Positions 9,225 through 19,196 of a DNA stretch of 64,000 bases are shown piece after piece. A model generated the notes under the pieces. It had not been told where the DNA came from and made no database searches. It saw nothing but the letters and a program-made list of their open reading frames with translations. The stretch spans positions 10,853-74,852 of the forward strand of contig CALRFT010000003.1 of the NCBI GenBank assembly GCA_943356745.1, read 5' to 3'. A program made the position numbers and the translations under genes. The number at the start of each line of letters is the position of its first letter. Positions within the stretch are counted from its first letter, which is position 1. This DNA comes from Parcubacteria group bacterium. GTDB lineage: Bacteria > Patescibacteriota > Minisyncoccia > Phycocordibacterales > CSBR16-119.

Positions 9225-10508
9225 ATGTTCAACCTATCGAAACTTTTTCCATCAAGTCTTCACCTTAAAAAAACCATTATTCAAAATATGTCATGGCTTT
9301 TTTTGGGCGAACTCACAGGAAGAATTATTAAAATACTTCTTGTAATCTACGCCGTACGTCTTCTTGGAACAAGTGAATGGGGCATGTTTTCCTACATTCT
9401 TTCTTTCGTTACAATCTTCATTAACTTAACCGATATTGGTCTTAATACAATCGTTGTAAAAGAACTTGTTTCAAAAGATCAAGAGAAATTCTCTTATTTT
9501 TCTACTGCTTTTTATATCAAAATTTGTTTATTACTACTTTCTGCTTTAGTAATATTTACCACAATTCCTTATGAGTCAATCGGAAATAACATTGCAATAG
9601 TCATATCACTATTTTTATTTTCTTTCTTTGAAACCGTGCGAGACTTCATCATGTCTCTCAGTCGTGCTGAAGAAAAAATGAAATACGAGGCGCTATTCAA
9701 AATACTCAGCAATATCATTGTTGGTCTTTTTGGGTTTTATTTTCTACACCTTGCAAGTACTGCACAAAATCTATCCCTTGCCTATGCTCTTGGTGCTTTC
9801 TTGAGTTTTATAATTTCTAGTCTATTTCTTTTCCGAAAAAATAAATATATTTTTTCTTCTTTTTCAAAAAAACTTGTAAGTCCCCTTTTAAATCTGACAT
9901 GGCCACTTGCCATCGTACTCATTACAACAACAGTTATTTTTAATACTGATATTTTGGTATTGCAAAAATATAAAACGCTGAGTGATGTTGGAACATACTC
10001 AGCGACCCAAAAACTTATATTTCTTTTCCATATCATTCCTCAAGTAATACTTGGAGCGATGCAACCCGCGATGACAAAACTTCGAAGTCATATGGAAGAA
10101 TTTAAATCTTTTTACAAAAAAGTTTTTATCATTCTTATGGGAAGTTCGATACTAATCAGTATTACAACAATCCTGTTCCCAAAATTCATTCTTTCTCTCT
10201 TTTATGGTGGAGATTTTGTTTCCGGATCAACAGCCCTCCAAATTCTTTCCCTTTCACTCATTCCTGTTTTTATAAACTACCTCAGTGTGTACACGATCAT
10301 TACATTCGATACCCAAAGAAAACTTCTTTGGGGGAACACAGTGCTTATCCTCACAAATATTATTCTCAATCTAGTCTTGGTAAGATTATATGGAATTATT
10401 GGAGCATCGCTCGCAACAACAATCTCTCTTAGTTTAGTTTGTTTATACAACACCTATCAAATGAAACGATTTATATTTTCTTATACAATTTCAGAAAAAA
10501 AGACTTAA
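9225..10508 (+). CDS. Wzx-type oligosaccharide flippase
   Basis: Multi-TM; RLLG..EWG.FSY, TDIGL, TDILVL, VGTYSAT, YGIIGASLAT. Confidence 0.88.
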   Translation: MFNLSKLFPSSLHLKKTIIQNMSWLFLGELTGRIIKILLVIYAVRLLGTSEWGMFSYILSFVTIFINLTDIGLNTIVVKELVSKDQEKFSYFSTAFYIKICLLLLSALVIFTTIPYESIGNNIAIVISLFLFSFFETVRDFIMSLSRAEEKMKYEALFKILSNIIVGLFGFYFLHLASTAQNLSLAYALGAFLSFIISSLFLFRKNKYIFSSFSKKLVSPLLNLTWPLAIVLITTTVIFNTDILVLQKYKTLSDVGTYSATQKLIFLFHIIPQVILGAMQPAMTKLRSHMEEFKSFYKKVFIILMGSSILISITTILFPKFILSLFYGGDFVSGSTALQILSLSLIPVFINYLSVYTIITFDTQRKLLWGNTVLILTNIILNLVLVRLYGIIGASLATTISLSLVCLYNTYQMKRFIFSYTISEKKT

Positions 10509-11295
10509 TACCAAAAGGTAAAAATCTAAATAGTGTCATATAAAAAATATATTTACCAATAGAAAAAAGATACGCAGTGTAAAAACCTGGGTATTTTTTT
10601 CTGTGTCGAACAACAGAAGAAATATTATTTTTGAGTAAAATTTTTTTATTTTTAAAACTATTACTTCCAGTTCTGAGAGAATAACCTGTAGAAAAATCTT
10701 GAATATTTTTCATAAGCCCTGTCGTTCCCATTCTGAGAACAAAGTCATAATCTTCCATATCCTTCACATTCAAAGCTTCAGAATATCCTGAAATTTGCTG
10801 GGCGGTCTTTCTTCTGTACACGACACCTGAATGAGTAAAGTGATTAAACCGCAAAAAACTCTTTCGTATATCGACATCTTGCTCTGGTGGAATAATAGAG
10901 TACAAAAAGTTTTGCCCTTCATCAAAAACACGAACTGCAGTTCCAACAAGATTATAGTTACTATTTGCGTCCAGAAAAGAAACTTGTTTTTCTATTTTTT
11001 GAACATCGCTCCAAAAGTCATCATCATCAAGAACCGCAACATATGTGCCACGACAAAAACTAAGTGCTCTATTTCTTGTTTTTTGAATTCCAAGATTTTT
11101 ATCATTGTTGTATACAAAAATCCTTGAATCGGAAAAAGAAGAAATAATCTCAAGTACATTATCAGTAGATCCATCATTCACAATAACAAGCTCCCAATTT
11201 TGATAAGTCTGATTTAAAACACTTTCAATAGCTCTCTTGATTGTGAGAGAGCCGTTATATGTGCAGAGTATTATACTAACAAGATTAGATTCCAT
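10471..11295 (-). CDS. GT2 family glycosyltransferase
   Basis: VSIILCTYN, VNDGSTD, VLDDDD, EDYD. Confidence 0.93.
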   Translation of the reverse strand: MESNLVSIILCTYNGSLTIKRAIESVLNQTYQNWELVIVNDGSTDNVLEIISSFSDSRIFVYNNDKNLGIQKTRNRALSFCRGTYVAVLDDDDFWSDVQKIEKQVSFLDANSNYNLVGTAVRVFDEGQNFLYSIIPPEQDVDIRKSFLRFNHFTHSGVVYRRKTAQQISGYSEALNVKDMEDYDFVLRMGTTGLMKNIQDFSTGYSLRTGSNSFKNKKILLKNNISSVVRHRKKYPGFYTAYLFSIGKYIFYMTLFRFLPFGIKSFFLKLYKKI

Positions 11296-12067
11296 GTTTA
11301 AAAAAATTTCTTATAGACCTTTGACATGATTTGGGAAATAAAAACAAAACTTTTGTTCGAATTGTTTTGAGAAAAAACACAAACTCTTCTTTCCAGGAAA
11401 AAACTTTTCTTGAATGCATATCTACATCTATTTTATTTTTTTTCAAACTTCGAAGAACAGATCGCCTCCATTTTCCTCGTATAACCGCATTGTGAACAGC
11501 AATTTCTTGTTTGTGTGTACTATAAAATCTTGGGAATATATCAGAACGATACGAACCATTGATTTCAAATTCCCAAGCTGATTCTTTCTCGTCTAAAAAT
11601 TCCTGCAAAAATCCCCTATTCCAAAGAGACAAAACTGTTGAAACTCGATACAAAGAACCAGGAATAAGTTCTCCCATATATTGATCAACAAAAACAGAAC
11701 CTTGCGGTTTTCCACTCACACCTAAAAAGTTAACTTGTTTTTCTAATGCATTTTGAAATACCTGTTCAATTCTTTCAGTATGAATTTTTTCTTTCAAAAG
11801 CAAATCATCAAGCCAAAGAAATACATATTGGTGTGGAAGAGATTCAAGTGCTTTTTTAAGATTTTTTGACCAACCCACATCTTCACCAACAAGAAGAGGT
11901 TTTGCCTTACTATACTTCGGATGAGTTGTATTTGAAAGATAATATATTTCAAATGGACAATCTTTCCAAAACAAATCAAAAGAAGACCAAAAAGGCTTTT
12001 GAAGATCTTTGTAGGAGTCACAGGAAACCACCAAAATACATATATTATTTGTGAGATTATTTTGCAT
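11285..12067 (-). CDS. Putative GT-A-fold glycosyltransferase-like protein
   Basis: ILVVSCDSYKDL, FLWLDD (DxD-like), SAWEFE; within the glycan cluster; start set at ATG 12067. Confidence 0.6.
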   Translation of the reverse strand: MQNNLTNNICILVVSCDSYKDLQKPFWSSFDLFWKDCPFEIYYLSNTTHPKYSKAKPLLVGEDVGWSKNLKKALESLPHQYVFLWLDDLLLKEKIHTERIEQVFQNALEKQVNFLGVSGKPQGSVFVDQYMGELIPGSLYRVSTVLSLWNRGFLQEFLDEKESAWEFEINGSYRSDIFPRFYSTHKQEIAVHNAVIRGKWRRSVLRSLKKNKIDVDMHSRKVFSWKEEFVFFLKTIRTKVLFLFPKSCQRSIRNFFKHGI

Positions 12068-12914
12068 ATATAGCTCGTGATTTCTTAAATACAAATTGAT
12101 CAACGCTTTCTCCAAACGCATTATATGGAAGCACGCAAATATATTCCTTATCAAAACAAGCGTGAACAGCAGCTCCACCAGACAAGACAGTAATAAAATG
12201 TTTTGAAGAATACATTATATCAACATAACGATACAAATCTTGTTTTGAAACATCCACATATTCCACACGAGTTTCTTTTGTTTGAAATTTTGAAACATAG
12301 TTCTGGAAAGTCTGCTGACTATATTCCCAACCAACTTTCTTACCAGAAATATAATTTGAATCCACTAAAATAGTCTCTTCGTATTCTGAAATTTTTTGAG
12401 GCGTGTAAAAAATCTCTGGAATTCCCTTTCCAATACCTTGAAGGCCAAATTGTTTCTCAACAATTTCAGTAATAGAATCGCATCCCTGTGTCACAAAAAT
12501 CTGTTTCCAAGTTTTATCTTTTGAAAAAATACGAAAAACCAAACCATCTTCTTCAACGAAACCTTTAAAGTAAGGATTTTTCAAAAATAATAATTCTGCT
12601 ATATCTTTATTTGAAAGTTTTTCATAAGATTTTTTTGTAATGTAAAAATCAGCACCATACTTTTCATGAAGAAGTCTTGGAAGTGAGGTAAACACAGTCC
12701 AATCACCCAAACCTTTATATGGTATATCTAAAACAATTTTTTTTCTTGCTATAGCTTTTTGGATACTCTGTGAATAAGTTTTATATGAAAATCTATCAAA
12801 CAAAAGATTCCATATATTTTTTACAAAATACAGACCAAAAAACAAAAAACTTCCAAGTAATCCGAGTTTACGCATAATTGAAAAAGTTTTTTGTTTCAAG
12901 TAATTTTTATACAT
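12057..12914 (-). CDS. Hypothetical protein, possibly GT-B-like glycosyltransferase
   Basis: GLGD motif, NPY, late HFITVLSG motif reminiscent of GT9-like enzymes; start uncertain. Confidence 0.5.
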   Translation of the reverse strand: MYKNYLKQKTFSIMRKLGLLGSFLFFGLYFVKNIWNLLFDRFSYKTYSQSIQKAIARKKIVLDIPYKGLGDWTVFTSLPRLLHEKYGADFYITKKSYEKLSNKDIAELLFLKNPYFKGFVEEDGLVFRIFSKDKTWKQIFVTQGCDSITEIVEKQFGLQGIGKGIPEIFYTPQKISEYEETILVDSNYISGKKVGWEYSQQTFQNYVSKFQTKETRVEYVDVSKQDLYRYVDIMYSSKHFITVLSGGAAVHACFDKEYICVLPYNAFGESVDQFVFKKSRAIYAK

Positions 12915-12919
12915 ACAAT

Positions 12920-13783
12920 TCAAAATGGAAGAAAACTAATAACAAAAAGTGTCATAATTTTACATCTATCAAACATTGGTGGCTTGCTTTGCATTGCTTT
13001 TTGAAAAGCGTGCCGAGCACTTTTTTTCTTACCCTTTTGAAGTAATATAAAACCAAGTGATTTCCATAAAAAGAAACCAACCTTATGTTTTTCATACATT
13101 GGATACACCCTTTCTTTGAAAATGAGGAATTCCTCAACACTTTGATTTTTACTTATGTTTGATCCGTGAATCGAATATACCAAAAGAGGTTCCGAAATAT
13201 ATCCAAATACTCCATTATCAAAACAGCGAACAATAAAATCAACGTCTTCCCAGTGATTTATTGTTTCAGAAAAAAAACCAATTTTTGACCTCACAAAATC
13301 AAGTCGAGTAAATATATTCATCCCACTAAATGTTGAACCAATACGAGTAAGGAAAAATGACACTGGTTTTTTTGTTGAAAATCTAAAGCTTTTTTTTGTT
13401 TTCGTATGCCCAGATTCAATCCAAATATCAGAACTACAAAAATCAATATCCTTATTTCGATTCATATATTCAACAAATTTTGAAATACGCCAGTGGACAA
13501 ATTTATCATCAGAATCAAGAAAGGTAACAAAAAAACCACTTGCCTTTTCAAGTCCTGTATTTCTTGCCTTTCCTATTCCACCATTTACTTGTTTGATATA
13601 CACAACTCGAGAGTCTCTTTCGATGTATTCAGAAACAATTTCTTCTGTATTATCTGTTGAACCATCATCAACAACAATAATTTCAAAATTATCATAATCT
13701 CCGTGAATAATACTTTCAATTGCCCGAGCAATATATCCTGCTCGGTTATAGGTTGGTATGATAATTGAAACTTTTTGATCCAT
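12920..13783 (-). CDS. GT2 family glycosyltransferase
   Basis: VSIIIPTYNRA, VDDGSTD, ARNTG, FLDSDD, ED. Confidence 0.93.
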   Translation of the reverse strand: MDQKVSIIIPTYNRAGYIARAIESIIHGDYDNFEIIVVDDGSTDNTEEIVSEYIERDSRVVYIKQVNGGIGKARNTGLEKASGFFVTFLDSDDKFVHWRISKFVEYMNRNKDIDFCSSDIWIESGHTKTKKSFRFSTKKPVSFFLTRIGSTFSGMNIFTRLDFVRSKIGFFSETINHWEDVDFIVRCFDNGVFGYISEPLLVYSIHGSNISKNQSVEEFLIFKERVYPMYEKHKVGFFLWKSLGFILLQKGKKKSARHAFQKAMQSKPPMFDRCKIMTLFVISFLPF

Positions 13784-14706
13784 TACTTTTTAAAAATAAA
13801 ATTATCAAATGCCGTATCAAGAATTCGAGACAGATCACCTTCGACAAGTTCAAGTTCTCCCTCGTGTGTAATTGCATATGACTTGTAGCCAAACGATCTT
13901 AGTTTTTCAACCGCTTGCATTGAAGCATCGCCACCATTATCAAATCGACACACTTCAAGAGAGATAAGAATATTATTATTTCTAAAAATATCTTCTCCAC
14001 CTTCAAGAACAAATACTTCTGCGCCCTCAACATCCATTTTCATACATGTTGGAATTGCATGTGACTGACAATACTCTGATAAAGTAATCATGGAAATAGT
14101 AATACTTCTTTTATATGAACCATTAACAACATCAGTTCTTTCGTCTGCGAACTTTTTGTTGATAGTACTTACCCCAGAAGAGTCAGACAAAAAGAGTTCT
14201 CCTTCTCCTGACTGATTTGAAACTGCAACCTGAGATACTGTTACATGTGTATTCAAAGCTGTATTATTTTTTACCACATCACAGACTTCTTTAATTGGTT
14301 CAAATGAATGAACTTCTCGACAAATATCAGATGTAAGATAGGTATAAAATCCATAGTTTGCACCAAGATCATAAAACACATCATCCGATCCAAGATGTTT
14401 GATGAAAAATTTACTTAATTTATATTCAGCGGGACTGTAGATAAGGGCACCAAACACATAGAGAATAATAATATCTTGATCTATAATATCAGCCTTGATT
14501 TTCCTTCCCCAAAACAAAGAAAACTCTCGATTCTCTTTTTTAAGAAAACCACAACGCCACAGCAAATATAGTCCATAAAATCTTACCGAGAAAAGAAGTC
14601 TTACAAACTTCCACAAAAAACCTTGCTTGGTAGCAAAATGATTGAAATAGAACGCATGTTTATACGCTTGTTCAAGTTGTTGTAATGTAGTTTCTTTGTG
14701 GAGCAT
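13783..14706 (-). CDS. FkbM family SAM-dependent methyltransferase
   Basis: FYDLGANYG, HSFEP, KMDVEGAE. Confidence 0.92.
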   Translation of the reverse strand: MLHKETTLQQLEQAYKHAFYFNHFATKQGFLWKFVRLLFSVRFYGLYLLWRCGFLKKENREFSLFWGRKIKADIIDQDIIILYVFGALIYSPAEYKLSKFFIKHLGSDDVFYDLGANYGFYTYLTSDICREVHSFEPIKEVCDVVKNNTALNTHVTVSQVAVSNQSGEGELFLSDSSGVSTINKKFADERTDVVNGSYKRSITISMITLSEYCQSHAIPTCMKMDVEGAEVFVLEGGEDIFRNNNILISLEVCRFDNGGDASMQAVEKLRSFGYKSYAITHEGELELVEGDLSRILDTAFDNFIFKK

Positions 14707-14727
14707 ACTATAAATTTATATTATTTG

Positions 14728-16764
14728 TTAATAACTATATTCTGGAATAAAGGTCTTTATTTTTTTGTTTACCTCATTAATCACACTCATATTTTTTGAC
14801 TGAACTGCCGTATACATCAAAAGATCTGCGTAGTTTTTGTTATATGAACCCATGTCATACAAAACATGAGCATACTCAAGCGCCTTGTTGTAATCTTTTG
14901 CGAGAATCTGTGTTTCAATCATCACCTCATATCCCAATGCAGAAAACGGAGCATTTTCAATTGTTCTCGCGCTAAACTTCTCTGCCTCTTTAAGGTATCT
15001 ATCTTTATTTTCAGATTGAATAGAAGAAAGTAATCCAGCAATACGTGCACTCACTAAACTAAAACGAAGATCAAAAGGATAGGTGTCGGACATAGAACTT
15101 GCATAACCAAACAAAACCTCTAGTTCTTTTTCTCCATACAGCTTTACTTCTTCATCAAAACTCTGCCAATACTGTCTGTACCCATCAATAATAATATCCA
15201 GAAACTGAGCTTCTGACCGGAGAGTACCGACAGGAGAAGTATTAAAAGCCTTTTCAAACAGAGCGGGTCTTTGATCAAGGGAAGCATCTGTTAATACTCG
15301 TATTTGTTTTGATTCTGCTCGGACTCGCATTGCAAAGAAATACATAGCAAACATAACAACAACAAACATAAGGATAGTGAGACCAAATCTTACATATTCA
15401 TTCAAATTATATTTTTGCTTGATTGTACTACCTCCAAAAAGAAATACTGAAATAAGTCCAAGAAGTACAAAATATGCTTGAATACTTGAAATAGTATCAA
15501 AGGCAAAAAATAGTTGGAATTGATACGATACAAGAAGTCCTACAAGAAAAGATGCTGTGAGTATGTCTTTTCGATCTTGAGTGTTTTGAGCAAAGCGAAC
15601 CAAAGAAACCAAAACAAAACCAAGCACCGAAAGATACAAAACAAGACCTGGAACACCAGAAGAAACCAATGTTTCTAACATTGCATTGTGAGGTTTGTCT
15701 GTCCACGGCTCGTTTGGATATGGTGGATTGAGTAAAATAGGATCAAGATTTTGATTGTGAACAAAAGAATAATTCTCCAAACCGTATCCGAGCAAAGGTT
15801 TTTCCATAGCACCATTCCATGCCATTTCCCAATACACCACCCGAGCACCATCTCCGCTCCAAACAAGATATTCTTGTATTTTTGAATCAGGAGAAAAATA
15901 GTCAAAAGCAGAAAATACTACTCCACAAGCAAACAATCCGAGGAGTATATAGCCAAAAAATTTCTGTATTTTTTTCTGTGATGCAGACAAAAATAGAGAT
16001 ACTGCAACAAAAAGTCCAAGCACAACCGAAACAAAACCAGCCCGAGCTTCACCCAAGAAGGTATCGATACTTGTCACCTGCAAGGTAAATACTTTTTGAA
16101 TTTCAATAAAAATAGGATTGAGAAGAAGAATCAAAGCAAGTACAGCCCAGATAATTTTTCTCTTTGTTTGTTGCTCTCTCACAAAAAGAATCAAAGAAGC
16201 GAAGAAAGAAAAAACTAAAAACAAAGCGGCGTACGAAGTGTTACCAAATGTTCCTGCATTACTTGATTGCCGTAAAAACTCAATATCAAGATTCAAAAAA
16301 ACAGGCGAAGCAAAAACTGTAAGAGTTGCAAGAGCTCCCCCAAAGACAAATGCTTTAAGCAGCTGCCAAATAGTTTCTTTTGAATACACCAGAATCGTGC
16401 TGACAAAAAGAACAAAAGAGAACAAGTAGGTTACAAAACCACTGTGTCTTCCGAAGTTTGACCAAAACGATGACTCAAAATGTATCCCTGTGACACTGGT
16501 TGCCAAAAGCCACACAAGAAAAACAGAAACAATGCCGAGAAGGATTTTTGTTTGTTTTGAAAGAGTTCTTTTTTGAGAAACCACAAGTGGAACCAAAAAC
16601 CCACAAGCGATAGACCCCAATACAGCCAAAAAGGTGTATTTGATGGTTGAAAAGTAATAATAATCTTTGAGAGAAAAAAGAAGTGGACTCAAAAAGATAC
16701 TAATAAAGATGATTATTTTAAGAGCGCTGACTTGCGAATTATCGCCTTTTTGTATACCAAACAT
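14728..16764 (-). CDS. O-antigen ligase-like / oligosaccharyltransferase (Wzy_C family) with C-terminal helical region
   Basis: Many TMs; GTFGNTSYAA, AR, R...W, PLLGYGLENY, DKPHNAMLETLVSSG..G; ATG 16764 follows TATAAT-N6. Confidence 0.85.
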   Translation of the reverse strand: MFGIQKGDNSQVSALKIIIFISIFLSPLLFSLKDYYYFSTIKYTFLAVLGSIACGFLVPLVVSQKRTLSKQTKILLGIVSVFLVWLLATSVTGIHFESSFWSNFGRHSGFVTYLFSFVLFVSTILVYSKETIWQLLKAFVFGGALATLTVFASPVFLNLDIEFLRQSSNAGTFGNTSYAALFLVFSFFASLILFVREQQTKRKIIWAVLALILLLNPIFIEIQKVFTLQVTSIDTFLGEARAGFVSVVLGLFVAVSLFLSASQKKIQKFFGYILLGLFACGVVFSAFDYFSPDSKIQEYLVWSGDGARVVYWEMAWNGAMEKPLLGYGLENYSFVHNQNLDPILLNPPYPNEPWTDKPHNAMLETLVSSGVPGLVLYLSVLGFVLVSLVRFAQNTQDRKDILTASFLVGLLVSYQFQLFFAFDTISSIQAYFVLLGLISVFLFGGSTIKQKYNLNEYVRFGLTILMFVVVMFAMYFFAMRVRAESKQIRVLTDASLDQRPALFEKAFNTSPVGTLRSEAQFLDIIIDGYRQYWQSFDEEVKLYGEKELEVLFGYASSMSDTYPFDLRFSLVSARIAGLLSSIQSENKDRYLKEAEKFSARTIENAPFSALGYEVMIETQILAKDYNKALEYAHVLYDMGSYNKNYADLLMYTAVQSKNMSVINEVNKKIKTFIPEYSY

Positions 16765-16787
16765 GGAAAAATTATACCCCAAAAAAC

Positions 16788-16811
16788 AAAAAACCGCCAC
16801 GAGGGCGGTTT
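16788..16811 (-). terminator. Intrinsic terminator after the surface protein gene
   Basis: Minus strand AAACCGCC-CTCGT-GGCGGTTTTTT. Confidence 0.75.
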
Positions 16812-16857
16812 ATTGTTTTTCTTAGTTTTCACTAAGTATTCCTTGGTTATTCTAAGA

Positions 16858-18807
16858 TTAGAATAGGTTTAGGAATAGTGGATCTGTTTTGAAGTCAACA
16901 AGGTTGAATGAATATACTTCATCATCCCCTCCTGCTGCATAATCCCATCCAATAGCTTCAAGAACTACTTGAGCAAATGCGTCAGCTGATGCTGTTGCGT
17001 TTACTGTCAATGTGATAGTTTCTGAAGTTCCTTCTTCAATCAAGAATGCATTTCCGTCAACTGTATCACCTGTTGATGTAGTTACACAAGTTGTTGAGTT
17101 TGAACCATTGTTTGTGATTGAGTATGAAGTTGCTGTTGAAACTTCTGATCCATCGTTATCTTCAACACAAGTGTTGTCTACCCAGATGTCTCCATCAAAA
17201 GCAGTAACCTTGTACTTAATAACGAATTGAGCTTGGTCTCCTGTTCCTGAAGTATCTGAAGTTACAGTTTTCACTTCTGTTGCTGAAACCAATTCTAGAT
17301 CAAATCCTACTTCGTATGCAGCGTGTGCATCTCCCACAGCAGAACCTGTAAGGTCTCCACTTGCAAGTGAGTCACCAGCTTCATCTTCTGCATCAATATC
17401 AGCAACTGTAAGTGTTGCTTGTACAGTGTCTCCATCATCAAGAGCTCCATCTGTATCAGCAAGTTCTACTTCTAGAACGAATTCCACTTCTTCTCCTGCG
17501 TCAATTGTGATGTCAAGATCATCGAAAGTAACTACTCCGTCATTTGGAACGTTTTCTGTTGCGATTTCTTCACCATCCATCCATAGGTTTGCTTCAAGAA
17601 CGATTACTGATGGATCTGTTTCTCCAGTTGTTGTAATTTCAAATGGGATAGCTTCGATAGTAACGTCTGAATCTCCTCGTGCTTCAAGAGTGAATGAAAG
17701 AATTTCGTGCTTTGTATCGTCTGTATCATCTACATTCAATACTCGTGCATCGTTAATGTCTTCATTTTCAAGTGCTGCTCGAAGTTCAACATCTGTTGCT
17801 CCAGCAAAGTCTTCAAAACTGAAAAGCTTTTCTAGATCATCATCTGCTGCACCGTCAGCAACATCAAGAGTGTAGTTTTCTGTTGTAACTACTCCATCTC
17901 CATCCATAAATCGGATTGAAGAAACTCCTACGTTGAATTGATCAGTGTCGATATCTCCTGAGTCAAGATTGTTAAGTGCTGAAACAGCAATTACCAATTC
18001 CATTTCATCACCTGCTTCGATGATAACTCCTTCAAGAGAAATGTTTCGTGAGTAAACATCTGATGATTCGTTAAAGTCATCAGCATCAACTGATCCAACT
18101 TTTTCTCCGTCAAACCATACAGATACTTCATCTGCGTAGTCTTCTAGTTTTTCTGAGTCAGCTGAAGTGTTTTGTGAGAATTCAACTTTGATTGAAGTGA
18201 TTTCCACATCTGATTCGTCATCAGCTTCGATGTCGAATGCAAGAACTGGAACATCTTCTTCTCCTTCTCCTACTTCTTCGTTAGAGTAAGATGAAGAAAG
18301 GTCAACTGTAATATCTCCAGCTCCTCCGTTAAGAGTTCCTGTTGATGTTGATCCTCCGTTGTTGTTTGTTCCACAGTTTGTTCCAGCCATCATTGAAGCG
18401 TTAACAATTGCTCCTTGTGTAGCTGGTCCAGCAATTCCGTCTGCTGAAAGTCCCTTTGAAGTTTGGAAAGCTTTCACTGCAGCTGATGTAGCTGGTCCGT
18501 ATGAACCATCAACATCAACTGTAAGTGATGCTCCTCCGTACATGTTAAGTGCTGTTTGTAGTGCAGATACTGCTGATCCACTCATTCCTGGTCGGAGAGT
18601 TGATGTAGCTGTGTATCCGTAAGTTGTTCCACAAGTTGTAGATCCTGTTGAAGATCCTCCTTGCATTTGTGCAATTTGAGCTGTAAGAGCAGCAATTTGA
18701 GCCATCAAACTTTCAATAGTTGGAGTTTGAGCTTTAGCTGATCCTGCAATTCCAAATGCTGCTGCTGCAAGCACAAGTGCTGCAACTGATTTTTTGAAAA
18801 TTGTCAT
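16858..18807 (-). CDS. Secreted acidic S-layer-like surface protein with N-terminal peptidoglycan-binding domain
   Basis: Signal peptide (AKA/Q), short coiled coil, PG_binding_1-like LRPGMSG.AVSALQ..L...DGSYGPAT..AVKAFQ...GL.ADGIAGPAT, then ~480 aa rich in D/E/T/V with beta-strand patterning. Confidence 0.8.
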   Translation of the reverse strand: MTIFKKSVAALVLAAAAFGIAGSAKAQTPTIESLMAQIAALTAQIAQMQGGSSTGSTTCGTTYGYTATSTLRPGMSGSAVSALQTALNMYGGASLTVDVDGSYGPATSAAVKAFQTSKGLSADGIAGPATQGAIVNASMMAGTNCGTNNNGGSTSTGTLNGGAGDITVDLSSSYSNEEVGEGEEDVPVLAFDIEADDESDVEITSIKVEFSQNTSADSEKLEDYADEVSVWFDGEKVGSVDADDFNESSDVYSRNISLEGVIIEAGDEMELVIAVSALNNLDSGDIDTDQFNVGVSSIRFMDGDGVVTTENYTLDVADGAADDDLEKLFSFEDFAGATDVELRAALENEDINDARVLNVDDTDDTKHEILSFTLEARGDSDVTIEAIPFEITTTGETDPSVIVLEANLWMDGEEIATENVPNDGVVTFDDLDITIDAGEEVEFVLEVELADTDGALDDGDTVQATLTVADIDAEDEAGDSLASGDLTGSAVGDAHAAYEVGFDLELVSATEVKTVTSDTSGTGDQAQFVIKYKVTAFDGDIWVDNTCVEDNDGSEVSTATSYSITNNGSNSTTCVTTSTGDTVDGNAFLIEEGTSETITLTVNATASADAFAQVVLEAIGWDYAAGGDDEVYSFNLVDFKTDPLFLNLF

Positions 18808-18809
18808 AA

Positions 18810-19196
18810 TAAAATTTTTGTAATTAGCTAATTAAAAAAGCTTATAATTTTTTTTGCGTTTCCGCATGGTCCACTTTTTCTGTGTCTTTATCACACATAC
18901 TTTGGTAAACCGGCTTTTTGATCTCTTTTCTTTTGCAAGAAAAGTTTTGTATTTGTTCGAAAACAAACACGATTGTGTGAATGATACCTCTACCATTCAC
19001 TACAAACAATTTTTGTTGTTTGTATCTACCTTGTCGACACGGCGGATACCGATCGACGAAAAAACACAAGTTAAGAGTAGGGCGTTTAAATTCCCCACAA
19101 GATCGCTATGTTGTTTTCAACGACCGTTCCACTTGTTGGACGAAAATACGGTGAGATTGATAAATATACCAAAAACAACGCACACTTTCGTCGCTT
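18810..19196 (-). ncRNA. Candidate long structured 5' leader / ncRNA upstream of the surface protein gene
   Basis: About ten stem-loops, with UUCG, GCAA and GAAA tetraloops and G-U pairs on the minus strand; begins just downstream of TGTG-A-TACTAT (19201-19211). Confidence 0.65.

Noticed and set aside
17012-18622. Long antisense ORFs (17426-17875, 17012-17230, 18359-18622) opposite the surface protein gene
   Set aside because: Ser-rich shadow frames expected from the biased GAT/GAA codon use of the real gene.
18895-19195. RNase P RNA, suggested by GACGAAAGUG near the 5' end and CAAAAAGCCGGUUUA later
   Set aside because: The two segments do not pair to form the P4 helix and the GAGGAAAGUCC core is not matched; tRNA-like tmRNA ends are also absent.
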